A stretch of DNA of 64,000 bases from Tubiluchus corallicola (taxonomy: Eukaryota > Animalia > Priapulida). Location: contig JAQGDQ010000837.1 of NCBI GenBank assembly GCA_030141605.1, positions 1 through 64,000 of the forward strand. The letters run 5' to 3'. Of this stretch, positions 56,401 through 64,000 are shown piece after piece. A model generated the notes under the pieces. That model did no database searches. It saw nothing but the letters and a program-made list of their open reading frames with translations, and was not told where the DNA came from. The position numbers were made by a program, and so were the translations under genes. Each line of letters opens with the position of its first letter. Within the stretch, counting starts at the first letter, position 1.

Positions 56401-59400
56401 CCGACTTTTTTAACTTTGCTTTTAGATCACTAATTTCCTCTTCCAGAGGCAAAACAACGGACTTCAGAATTTCCGTATCCTCCTGTGCCTGCGGGAACAC
56501 AACAAATATTAGTAGAACACAAATTAAAGAAAAGAACAAGTCACTTAGCATGTTGGGTTTATTTTAAACTGTTTGCGGTGTGTTAAAGAAAAGGACAAGT
56601 CACTTAGCATGTTGGGTTTATTTCACTTTAATTACTTTAAACTGTTTGTGGTGTGTTAAAGAAAAGGACAAGTCACTTAGCATGTTGGGTTTATTTTCCT
56701 TTAATCACTTAAACTGTTTGTGGTGTGTTAAAGAAAAGGACAAGTCACTTAGCATGTTGGGTTTATTTTAAACTGTTTGTGGTGTGTTAAAGAAAAGGAC
56801 AAGTCACTTAGCATGTTGGGTTTATTTTACTTTAATCACTTTAAACTGTTTGTGGTGTGTTAAAGAAAAGGACAAGTCACTCAGTATGTTGGGTTTATTT
56901 TACTGTAATCACTTAAACAGTTTGTGGTGTGTTAAAGAAAAGGACAAGTCACTTAGCATGTTGGGTTTATTTTACTTTAATCACTTTAAACTGTTTGTGG
57001 TGTGTTAAAGAAAAGAACAAGTCACTTAGCATGTTGGGTTTATTTCACTTTAATCACTTAAACTGTTTGTGGTGTGTTAAAGAAAAGGACAAGTCACTTA
57101 GCATGTTGGGTTTATTTTACTGTAATCACTTAAACTGTTTGTGGTGTGTTAAAGAAAAGGACAAGTCACTTAGCATGTTGGGTTTATTTTCCTTTAATCA
57201 CTTAAACTGTTTGTGGTGTGTTAAAGAAAAGGACAAGTCACTTAGCATGTTGGGTTTATTTTACTTTAATCACTTTAAACTGTTTGTGGTGTATTAAAGA
57301 AAAGGACAAGTCACTTAGCATGTTGGGTTTATTTTACTGTAATCACTTAAACTGTTTGTGGTGTGTTAAAGAAAAGGACAAGTCACTTAGCATGTTGGGT
57401 TTATTTTACAAAAGGAAGACAGGATGACTTTCCGTATACTACCCCGGTTTCAAGTCCGATAAAAAGTATACATTTTAACACAGTTAAAAATGCCAAAGCG
57501 TTTCTGATAATTAAATAATTAGACTAAAAACTTAATTAACGGCGGGCGAGCCCAACTATCGATGACATCACAAACGAACATAATTTTTACCAGCAAAAAT
57601 ATTCCACAAGCGTGTTTGTAAAAGCGAAATTGAAATGAGAGGTACAACACCCGTTTTTTGTGCAATGCATTTCCAAAATGTAGGCGCTAGTGCTCGTCGA
57701 CCTAGCGAATGGCGAAATGCATGTAACAGCAAAGAACTAGTGTGTCTGTGTGCTAATAATTCTTTCACGTAAGTCGTCTGTGAAAAAAGGTATGTTTACT
57801 TTCAATATTTTAAAGAATAGGTTGTTTTGCTCAACAGTTTAAAATAGGGTCCGGTTTTGCTTTAAAGTAAGCAATTATGCACCACAAGCCTTCTGCAAGC
57901 GAAAATATTTATAAATGAAACTCTATTTTCCAGAAATTTTTTCAAATATAAAACCATTATTTCTCCTTATTTGCATTGGTAATGTGATCTTTTGCACATG
58001 CTTGTCAAACACAACTTGTACAAATAAGTTCGTAAACTTATGTTCGTAAGCTTATGTTCGTAAGCTTATGTTCGTAAGCTTGTGTTCGTAAGCTTATGTT
58101 CGTAAACTTACGTTCGTAAACTCGTGTTCGTAACTTATGTTCGTAAACTTATGTTCGTAAACTTATGTTGGTAAACTTATGCTGGTAAACTTATGTGCGT
58201 AAACTTATGCTGGTAAACTTATGTGCGTAAACTTATGTTCGTAAACTTATGTTCGTAAGCTTATGTTCGTAAGCTTATGTTCGTAAGCTTGTGTTCGTAA
58301 GCTGATGTTCGTAAACTTATGTTCGTGACCTTACGTTTGTAAGCTTATGTTCGTAAGCTTATGTTCGTGAGCTTATGTTCATAAACTTACGTTCGTAAGC
58401 TTATGTTCGTAAACTTATGTTCGTAAACTAATGTTCGTAAGCTTATGTTCGTAAGCTTATGTTCGTAAACTTATGTTCGTAAACTTATGTTCGTAAGCTT
58501 ATGTTCGTAAGCTTACGTTCGTAAACTTATGTTCGTAAGCTTGTAAACTTTGCACTGATTTTGATCCACTCTTTAGTTCCTCATGTGTAAAAATGATTTG
58601 ACATGAAACAAAACGACAACTTCGATTTGGCCCAGTTTTAGGGCAGATCTAATAATTACACCAATGATAAAAAGGGAACGTGAATTTCTTTTTATTTCAG
58701 CTTTTCATTAGTTAAATTATTCGTTTAATAAATTAGATTTGAGAAGCTTAAATTTTGAGAAACAAGTTTGCATTTTTATTTCTTAGGCCATGGTGTTTCC
58801 ACTGTGCCAAGCACAGACATGCGCTTTTTCTGTATGATTCACACATGGTAAGAAATTGTAACACTAGCGCACATTTGCAAATCGTTGATTTACCTGTTTG
58901 TCGGCCATATTGCGTCCGCGCGGGAAGCCACGAACTCGCGAGGATCCGCACAGACGTGGACTTCCCCTGTGTGACTCACATGGAAAAAAATTGAAACACT
59001 AGCGCACCTTTGCAAATAAACTTACTGGCTGGGTAGGTATTGGTTGAAATGAACCGCACAAATTCACTCAAAGTACCATATAACCTCAAGGACGGAAAAT
59101 TTAACTCTCTAATTAAATATCAATAAAAAGATGTTCCTGGTTAAGCTTCGGACACCGAAAATATTTCATGGCCACGAGAAATAGGGTGTAACAGTACAGC
59201 GTGTTAAGTGAGAAGTTCCGGCAATAGGAGACAATTGTACACTGAACACAAATAGAGTACAGTCAACCTCGGGTATAAGGTACTCACTTATAAGGGACCA
59301 CTAACACTGGTCCCGATTTTTCCTGTGTAAAAATCTTTGTATATAAGGTACTCGGATATAAGGGACTTCCAGTTATAAGGGACGATATCTTCAGGTCCCA

Positions 59401-62400
59401 CGTAATAGAAATCCAGGTAAATTACCTCGCATATAAGGGATCCTATGATCAAAGCGAAATTGATGATTTTCAGTTTTTCGCAAACTCGGCATTCAAACAG
59501 CTCGGTTTCCATGGTCACATACTTCTTGCATCACTGAAGGAACTTCCTACAAACCATTTGCACTGAATGTGCAGAAATAATTTATAAAAATGTGGGTAAC
59601 AGTACAGGTAGATACACCCTCGGTCTGACTCAACTTCAGCTATAAGAAACATCGGATATAAGGGACGGTTTTTCCGGTCCAGAAGTGTCCCTTATATCCG
59701 AGGTTGACTGTACATATTAAATGGATCTGCCCTATACACTGTTATGGTTTCTCTCATTCTCACGTATAAATAGAGGTGCTCAAGCAATGGATTTTCTAAA
59801 TTTTTATGAAAATTTATGACCACAGTAAATGCCTCCCATGAGTTTCATACGAAACCCTTAACCCTTTCATACCCGTTGTATCCCGTGGGATAGGAAAATA
59901 TTTTCTGCCTTTAAAATTAATAAAATTTTAAAACTGACAGTTATTTGATCTGTTAATAGTTATTTTGATTTAAGCCAATAACAATAGACTAAAAATGGTG
60001 ATAAAATGGCAAACTAAAAAATCTACATAGCATAAAAAACTGCGCAAGGTACAGTACTTTAGAGACGACTTAGTACAGATCAGCATAGCATGCATACTAA
60101 ATGTCTTAAATACTTTAAAAAAATATCAGCTGTTGCAAAATGAAGCACATTTTTTGCTTTTGTTGTATTTTTAAAAAAGTCGCACTTTGTTTTTTTGCAC
60201 ATGACAAAGAATGTTGTGTATCCAACAGGATGCATTGGGAACAAAAGTTCCGAGCCAAAAATTTTTTTCCTTTTAAAAAAATAATTTGGGACTGAAAGGG
60301 TTAACTTCAAAAGAAAGGAGCAAGTACGACGTGAAGAATCCAAGCACATTAAGCTTCCGTTCTAATTCTTACCCGTCTCATACTGTCCTCCAGATTGTCC
60401 GGCTCCGCTGTGCCTCCCGAAGACGGAGATTGTTTGAAAGTTGGCACCTTCTTTAACGTTTTGATGACGCCGGGCAGCACGCTGTCGCTGTCGGAACAAA
60501 AACGTATCTTTCATTAAGAAGATGCTAGGAGTTTTTAAACTAAATTGTGCGTTTTATAACTGTTGTGCAAGCACACACTTGTACGTGCATTCAAATAAAC
60601 AATAATATTAATTGTAAGTTTATGAAAACCAATATAAAATTGGTCCTTGAAATGCGATAACCAAAGAGGTTATGCTGAGTGCGAGCACATGTCTTTAGGT
60701 TGTACTGAAGCATATCGCAAAGCAGCGGCCGACCAGCAAGTGGCACTTGGCAATTGTTAGTATATGTAGTTTGTACTAGAGAGAAAAGAATTATGTAATA
60801 AATGTGAAAAAGGAAAAGCAAGGTACGTCAGTAAGAACAGGATAGCGCTAAAAACAGTTTGGAGAAAGAAGGTCATGGGAGTAGGTTTACATATTATAGT
60901 TTTAGTTTTTTGAGAGGCAATTATGTTTTTATTTTTGCAGGAGTGTAATTAATAATTATAAAATAGTTTGTGTTAATGGAGAGAAATTTTGTATACGTAT
61001 AGTTATAATATTTTTCAAGGAATATGTTATGAAGGGAGTAAGGAGAACAAAAGACAAATACAATTACAGGTTTTTGGAGTCATCAGGAGGAACTTGAGAG
61101 TCGAATTCCGGCTGCTTACTCCTCTAATAAACAATATTCAAATAAACAATTAATATTAATTGAAATCCAATCAATAAATGTTGTTCTATAATGTAAGAAC
61201 ATAATTTACAGAACAGAGATGTTACCGAAAACTGAATTTACAAACAGAGACCGAAATTTATCAAATATAGGAAACCGATACAAGACACGCTGTACAAACG
61301 CTTATTAGTCAGCACTGAACAGACATACCTTTCTTTTTCATGATGTCCGAATAACTTATTCTTGTACTCAGCCAACTCTGCCTGCAGAGATTTGTTCTCT
61401 TCAAATAACTGCTGTCTGTCCATTTTCCGTTGCGCCTCGGATTCTGATATTACCCCTAATAAAGGAGAAACATATTTTGCTTCTAAATACGGATACGTAA
61501 ACAAGTACACTATATGTAAAATAATGCGCAAATTATTACTATTCTTTGCAATGCAAGGCATGGACACACGTAAACTATCACGCCAAGTTGTTTTGCATTT
61601 CACAAGGAAAATTATGAATATGGATAGTGATATTAGGCTATCGGTTCTTATGAGAAATTCATGCGGTTTCTAATGATAAATTTAAATTTGACAAAGTCAA
61701 TATTAATAGAAGAGTATGTAAACTGTGTATCATACAAAAGTAGGTGATAAATTTCACTATATGCCTACGTGCCCATACTTCCAACATGCCGGGGAAGTGT
61801 ATATTAAAGGAAGACAGGATGATTTTTCATATACTACCCCATTTTTAAGTCCGATAAACAGTATACTTTTTAGCACCATCAATATTGCAAAAGCATTTCT
61901 GATTATTAAATAATAGATTAAAAACTTAATTAATGTCGGGCGAGCCCAACTATTGGTGAATAGGAATACGTAGAAAACTTAGCTTGGTAATTGTTAAACA
62001 TTTTCTAAATGGTCACACCAGTTAGCGGTCGGTAAAACATATGTCTTACTACGAATGCTCTGTGTTTTTTTCAAACTTCATGTAATGTTATCCATCTCGT
62101 TTCAAACAACTTACCGTTAAAATGGCTGCGCATGACGGGAATTTAAATTTTACAACATTTATACAGCATTACTGCTCACTCAAGCTCTGCATACAACAAG
62201 ACAGCTTGTAAGTGCTACAAAATTTCAAGACGATTTTTTAAAACTTTACTTATGAAGCGAATTTCACTGTCTGTAAGGAAGCCTACCTTCCATGATGTGT
62301 TGTAAGGAAGCCTACCTTCCATGATGTGTTGTAAGGAAGCCTACCTTCCATGATGTGTTGTAAGGAAGCCTACCTTCCATGATGTGTTGTAAGGAAGCCT

Positions 62401-62786
62401 ACCTTCCATGATGTGTTGTAAGGAAGCCTACCTTCCATGATGTGTTGTAAGGAAGCCTACCTTCCATGATGTGTTGTAAGGAAGCCTACCTTCCATGATG
62501 TGTTGTAAGGAAGCCTACCTTCCATGATGTGTTGTAAGGAAGCCTACCTTCCATGATGTGTTGTAAGGAAGCCTACCTTCCATGATGTGTTGTAAGGAAG
62601 CCTACCTTCCATGATGTGTTGTAAGGAAGCCTACCTTCCATGATGTGTTGTAAGGAAGCCTACCTTCCATGATGTGTTGTAAGGAAGCCTACCTTCCATG
62701 ATGTGTTGTAAGGAAGCCACTTCTTCACGGCATTTTCTACTGACATCAGAGATTTCATCTTCTTTCACCGTTTCCGTGATCTTCAC
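23614..62786 (-). CDS. RABEP1: Rabaptin-5 (Rab GTPase-binding effector protein 1) with C-terminal FYVE domain; 22 coding exons, 5' exons lie beyond the window
   Basis: Hand-spliced GT-AG exons, all phases compatible, total 2658 nt = 885 aa + stop: 62693-62786, 61329-61455, 60373-60487, 56366-56488, 55589-55684, 54755-54890, 53190-53348, 50263-50349, 46333-46412, 45626-45783, 43881-44023, 41417-41538, 39447-39551, 38472-38588, 37553-37651, 37288-37326, 35598-35699, 33744-33933, 30420-30586, 28299-28415, 25759-25869, 23614-23784. Rabaptin motifs: EEVASLQHIM, AQEDTEILKSVVLPLEEEI, AEKSSRSDLEMYVSVLNTQKSVLQED, TWQAANDQFLESQRL, RLVSDMEWEWLQQE, PCDMCANYEAQLQ, SEAVQRDFVKLSQNLQ. FYVE: WEHEED..CRNC..FSVTRRKHHCRHCGRIFC..C..KVCDVC. 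Confidence 0.95.
23921..25800. repeat. 60-bp minisatellite, about 31 copies; unit = 42 nt of RABEP1 exon end + 18 nt of intron start
   Basis: Minus-strand unit TGTCGTAACTGTAAACAGTCATTTTCAGTCACTCGACGCAAG|GTTTGTGTTAAACTGTAA. Confidence 0.97.
26037..26700. mobile_element. Mutator-like MITE
   Basis: About 36-bp TIRs GGCGCTATTACACTTTCGCACCGCCTAGCTTTTCCT and 9-bp TSD GAACACTAA/GAACAGTAA. Confidence 0.85.
26855..27687. mobile_element. Tc1/pogo-type MITE with nested LINE 3' fragment (26955-27295)
   Basis: TIRs CAGCAAACTCCACGTAACTCAAA / TTTGAGTTACGTGGAGATTACTG flanked by TA. Confidence 0.8.
29204..30157. repeat. Compound microsatellite (TAA)n/(CAT)n/(CATTAT)n/(CATTAC)n/(TACTAT)n
   Basis: Seen directly. 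Confidence 0.97.
30324..30419. repeat. 24-bp tandem repeat x4 starting at a RABEP1 donor
   Basis: Minus-strand unit GTAAGAAGTGATAATTGTGCGTTT. Confidence 0.92.
30618..32633 (+). mobile_element. Internally deleted Tigger/pogo transposon carrying a 29-bp satellite
   Basis: TA-flanked degenerate TIRs (CACTGAAACCTCGACTTACGAAA / TTTTGTATCTCTCGATATTTCTG). 32296-32454 encodes MGLRKASASGSVKKKRLMSMETKLEIIATYESGMSLSTISGEYERNLSTI, a CENP-B/Tigger N-terminal HTH-like peptide. Confidence 0.75.
30737..32285. repeat. 29-bp minisatellite, about 53 copies
   Basis: Unit CTTATCTCACGTGAATGCATTGTTGTGCT. Confidence 0.97.
32754..33720. mobile_element. Tc1/pogo-type MITE with internal 58-bp tandem expansion (32883-33449)
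   Basis: TIRs CAATCAACCTCGG / CCGAGGTTGACTG, TA TSD; sister copy 59260-59710 has the unit once. Confidence 0.88.
34045..34501. mobile_element. Palindromic MITE with TTAA TSD and AGG termini (Kolobok-like)
   Basis: TTAA-AGGACAAGAAAAGGCCAA ... TTGGCCATTTTCTTGTCCT-TTAA. Confidence 0.7.
34670..34799 (+). mobile_element. Short retroposon 3' end with (GAT)n tail; related inverted copy 10826-10973
   Basis: Shared GCTGACAAGCCACTG...TTTT.GCTGGATTA...CATATGATG. Confidence 0.5.
35160..35579. repeat. 28-bp minisatellite, about 15 copies, starting 18 nt into an intron
   Basis: Unit CCCTTTTGTGAACGTGCCATTACAAGCA. Confidence 0.95.
36720..36839 (+). rRNA. 5S rRNA-like sequence (SINE head or pseudogene copy)
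   Basis: CTACGGCCAAATCACGTTGAAAACACCGGTTCTCGTCTGATCACCGAAGCTAAGCAAC...GTTAGTACTTGGATGGGTAACCGCCTAGGAATACCAGGTGCTGTAGGCTT; full length with A/C boxes and several transitions from the consensus. Confidence 0.85.
36720..37200 (+). mobile_element. 5S rRNA-derived SINE (SINE3-type) with probable RTE-derived body
   Basis: Full 5S head 36720-36839 with no oligo-T terminator, continuing into a 360-bp GC-rich body that ends in TAACTAACT. Confidence 0.7.
38028..38476. repeat. Degenerate 11-12 bp repeat built from a donor-like motif
   Basis: Minus strand reiterates CCAGGTAAAAA / CGGGTGAAAA beginning at the exon 38472 donor CAG|GTAAAAACACGGGTGAGAA. Confidence 0.85.
38743..39422. mobile_element. Harbinger-like MITE containing a 29-bp satellite (38863-39281, about 14 copies)
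   Basis: Termini GACACGTTCAGACTAGCGAGTTTTCT / AGAAAACTCTCTAGTGTGAACGCACC; unit CAGTGAGTTACTGTCTAGTGTGAACGCCT. Confidence 0.7.
39918..40378. mobile_element. hAT-like MITE; internal sequence shared with about 35850-36180, 44200-44378, 52130-52350
   Basis: TIRs CAGGGATGAGAAT / ATTCTCATCCCTG in a TTATTATT context; AATTGTCTCAAAAA and/or CCAACTAGCGGTCAGCT-like blocks recur at the other loci. Confidence 0.65.
40665..41457. repeat. 51-bp minisatellite, about 15 copies; unit = about 40 nt RABEP1 exon end + donor
   Basis: Minus strand ATTGGTTAGTGACATGGAGTGGGAGTGGCTACAACAAGAG|GTAAGAGTCTA, decaying away from the exon. Confidence 0.93.
41970..42179. repeat. About 42-bp tandem repeat x5
   Basis: CAACATAATATGTGTTATATTCATACATCTACTGATGAAATT. 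Confidence 0.9.
42376..42880. repeat. 24-bp minisatellite, about 21 copies
   Basis: GTGTACTGAACAGAATAACGCAAC. Confidence 0.96.
44376..45369. repeat. 63-bp minisatellite made of a MITE terminus, about 16 copies
   Basis: Minus-strand unit begins CAGTAAGTCCTCGCTTAACGACACCCCGTTTAGCGACG; a single-copy version lies at about 42990-43059. Confidence 0.92.
46572..48258. repeat. 36-bp minisatellite, about 46 copies
   Basis: GCTTAACCGAATGATTGGCCATGCTACTAAAGCGAA. Confidence 0.96.
51320..51999. repeat. 113-bp tandem repeat x6
   Basis: GCAA(T/C)TACTTG recurs at 51330, 51443, 51556, 51669, 51782, 51895. Confidence 0.95.
53505..54761. repeat. 49-bp minisatellite, about 26 copies, containing a RABEP1 donor
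   Basis: Minus strand CATGATG|GTATCAGTCACTTTTACTTGTTACAGTCGAGTTACTCAGAGT. Confidence 0.97.
56524..57409. repeat. About 58-73 bp minisatellite, about 13 copies, ending 35 nt from an acceptor
   Basis: TTAAAGAAAAGGACAAGTCACTTAGCATGTTGGGTTTATTT...AAACTGTTTGTGGTGTG. Confidence 0.94.
58028..58550. repeat. 14-bp minisatellite, about 37 copies
   Basis: GTTCGTAA(G/A)CTTAT. Confidence 0.95.
59260..59710. mobile_element. Tc1/pogo-type MITE (unexpanded sister of 32754-33720)
   Basis: TA-CAGTCAACCTCGG ... CCGAGGTTGACTG-TA. Confidence 0.88.
59862..60300. mobile_element. piggyBac-like MITE
   Basis: TTAA-CCCTTTCA ... TGAAAGGG-TTAA. Confidence 0.85.
62272..62719. repeat. Perfect 29-bp minisatellite, 15 copies; unit = 25 nt RABEP1 exon end + GTAG
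   Basis: Minus strand GCTTCCTTACAACACATCATGGAAG|GTAG. Confidence 0.97.
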
Positions 62787-62808
62787 CTGAAAATGGCAGG
62801 ATTTAAAT

Positions 62809-63289
62809 CAGGGGTGTGCAAATTATCTGACCAGCCGGGCCGCATTAAACTTTCCCGCAATTCCTGCGGGCCACGAGCAGTTAGAGCAAGGAGCCAAGTA
62901 CAGTAGGACCTAATAACGATTTTTTGCATCCTCTCTGCATACATCATTACTACTACACTTAAGAAACTATTTTAGAAGTTATTAAAATTTATATTACAAA
63001 ACATATATTTCTACTTTCAGGACAGATAGTGGTAATTTCATTACAATGCATATTAGTAATGTGTATCACACAGTCTGTGTAGTACAGTGACATTAAGCTA
63101 CAACCGTCTTGTAAGGGTTAATGGCATCCGATCTAGTAGAAAAAACTACCCGCACTATCTTTGCAATCGCGGCGCGGACTTCAGCTGGATACACTCAATT
63201 AATCGCCCGGGCAGCACTTTCATTAGGTTGACAAATCTCTTCGCGGGCCGCACAAAATCTCTCGGCGGGCCGCACTTTGCACACCCCTG
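62809..63289. mobile_element. hAT-type MITE
   Basis: TIRs CAGGGGTGTGCAA / TTGCACACCCCTG with perfect 8-bp TSD ATTTAAAT. Confidence 0.9.
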
Positions 63290-63504
63290 ATTTAAATGAA
63301 ATAATTAAAAAAGCACTTGTGTTTAAAACAATTTGCTTTGCAACTTTAAAGTTTCTGCTTCGAATAGCTGACTATAAAATTTGCACAAAAACAAGTAAAC
63401 GTTCTCAATAAGTAGCCAGGGATCGGAGCTGTGGAGTCGGTACATTAAACTCTTCACTCCGGCTCCGACTCCTAGAATTTTAGAGGAACCACCCCCGACT
63501 CTGA

Positions 63505-64000
63505 ACGGAAGAAAGAAATAAAGAATAAGATTGAATGTTCTATAAAAAATGAATGTGCAGAAAAATGCAGGAGCAGCACTAAATTAAGATTTTTAAGCCA
63601 TACCGAGTGGAAGCGAGAAAACTACATAGACACATGCAATCCAGAAGAGGTTAAAGATATATTGAAAATAAGACTGAATATGATTAAAGTTGAAGGAAAC
63701 TACAAGAATGAGTTTAAGGATCAGTTATTATGCCCAGTGTGTGAGGAAGATGGTGATACTACTGAACATATGCTTAAATGTGACAGATATGGAGAATGGA
63801 AAAAAATTTTGAACTCTGATATATTAATGAACAGTGAAAAGGAAGGACTGCTAGAAATTAGAAATCTAGTGAACGAATGCATGGAACACAGGATAAAGAC
63901 AAATAGAGACATTAAACTTGGAAAAGACAACTAAAAGATCAGCGTTATAGAAGAATAGACTTTGCACCCTATAAAGGTGCCAGGTGGAGAGAGTCGAGTA
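63505..64000 (+). mobile_element. Non-LTR retrotransposon ORF2 C-terminal fragment
   Basis: LKIRLNMIKVEGNYK...CPVCEEDGDTTEHMLKC, the CCHC-type zinc motif found after RT in LINE ORF2. Confidence 0.7.

Noticed and set aside
56524-57409. Acceptor-side echo array
   Set aside because: The array stops about 35 nt before the AG and excludes both the acceptor and the likely branch point (TACTAAT), so it was not counted with the donor arrays.

Overview
AT-rich, intron-rich animal genomic DNA. The 5S variant resembles spiralian 5S as I recall it, but the taxon is not established. Three protein-coding genes lie on the minus strand: (1) the first coding exon of a RILP-like Rab effector (4471-4743); (2) an unrecognised five-exon secreted-protein gene (12508 to about 6.6-6.9 kb) with a tandemly duplicated last exon that runs into a MITE; (3) 22 hand-spliced, phase-consistent exons of Rabaptin-5/RABEP1 with a C-terminal FYVE domain (23614-62786, 5' end outside the window). 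The rest is MITEs (hAT, pogo/Tc1, piggyBac, Mutator, Kolobok and Harbinger types), LINE fragments, a 5S-derived SINE and many minisatellites. Most long ORFs in the supplied track are artefacts of tandem repeats. The most striking pattern is that at 6 of the 21 visible RABEP1 introns a tandem array starts exactly at the 5' splice site, and its unit contains that donor (usually with the exon end). The six units are unrelated in sequence and reiterate each donor about 4-31 times into the intron.
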